64,000 bases of DNA from Acanthaster planci (lineage: Eukaryota), in contig NW_019091361.1 in assembly GCF_001949145.1 (NCBI RefSeq), forward strand, positions 2,775,825 to 2,839,824. The letters run 5' to 3'. The notes under the pieces were generated by a model, which did no database searches, had not been told where the DNA came from, and worked only from the letters and a program-made list of their open reading frames with translations. Shown here in pieces: positions 63,518 through 64,000 of the stretch (position 1 is the first letter of the stretch; each line of letters begins with the position of its first letter). A program made the position numbers and the translations under genes.

Positions 63518-64000
63518 ATGAGCTATACCGCAATCAATTACGGACTGAAGGACGAACAGATCAAGCTCTACGAGGCTGACACTCACTTGCAACATAATAA
63601 TGACACGTCTCAGACTATAGCTTCACGATAATCGCACCTTTTGGTATCCTCTTGAACCTCGCCTTCTTCTTCGTCATCGTCCGGGTGAAGTCCATGCGAA
63701 CTGTCTACCAATCCAACCTGGCTGTCGCCGATGGACTGATGCTGATCTTTTACCAGGTCAACACGTGGGCGCCGCAGCCCAACGAACCATACAACACGAT
63801 CATCAATATTGGATTCGCTTATGCCATGGAGTTCGCTTCCTACTCCTTTGTAGCAGCCGTTGCTTTTGAAAGATTTTCTGTAGCGCAGGATCCTCTGGGT
63901 TGCAAGGAGCTGCAAAGATTTCAGTGGGACTTTGGACACTCTTACTCGGCATGGCATTGATTGTGATATTTTTGGTCTTGCTTGGTATCGGAGACACAGT
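63518..64000 (+). pseudogene. Rhodopsin-like GPCR pseudogene, copy 2 (runs off window)
   Basis: Close paralog of 52833-53340; GILLNLAFFFVIVRVKSMRT..NLAVADGL, AVAFERFSVAQDPL; same N-terminal frameshift plus a deletion/frameshift after TM3. Confidence 0.8.

Overview
Eukaryotic genomic DNA from an intron-rich, repeat-rich marine invertebrate. An echinoderm-like deuterostome is inferred from the lamin sequence and the repeat/GPCR styles, but this is not proven. The window has four assembly gaps. Two intact protein-coding genes lie tail-to-tail. The first is a 10-exon B-type nuclear lamin on + (21483-40460, 575 aa; CDK1 site, rod, NLS, Ig-fold tail, CaaX = CYIM). The second is a papain-family cathepsin L-like gene on - with 5 coding exons (50462-46666, ~324 aa). 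Its catalytic Cys is replaced by Ala although the frame is fully open, so it is a probable secreted pseudoprotease. Right of it is a duplicated rhodopsin-type GPCR pseudogene. One copy runs into a decayed Polinton/Maverick protein-primed DNA polymerase B; the other copy's upstream region is split by ~5 kb of nested mobile DNA that includes a RecQ-like helicase relic. The rest is SINEs, MITE/foldback elements, tandem repeats and a Penelope-type minimal hammerhead ribozyme. The best leads are the pseudo-cathepsin, the potential alternative splicing at the lamin tail (6-nt microexon, internal donor, lamin-C-like read-through) and the hammerhead. All coordinates and translations were done by eye; no database searches were run.
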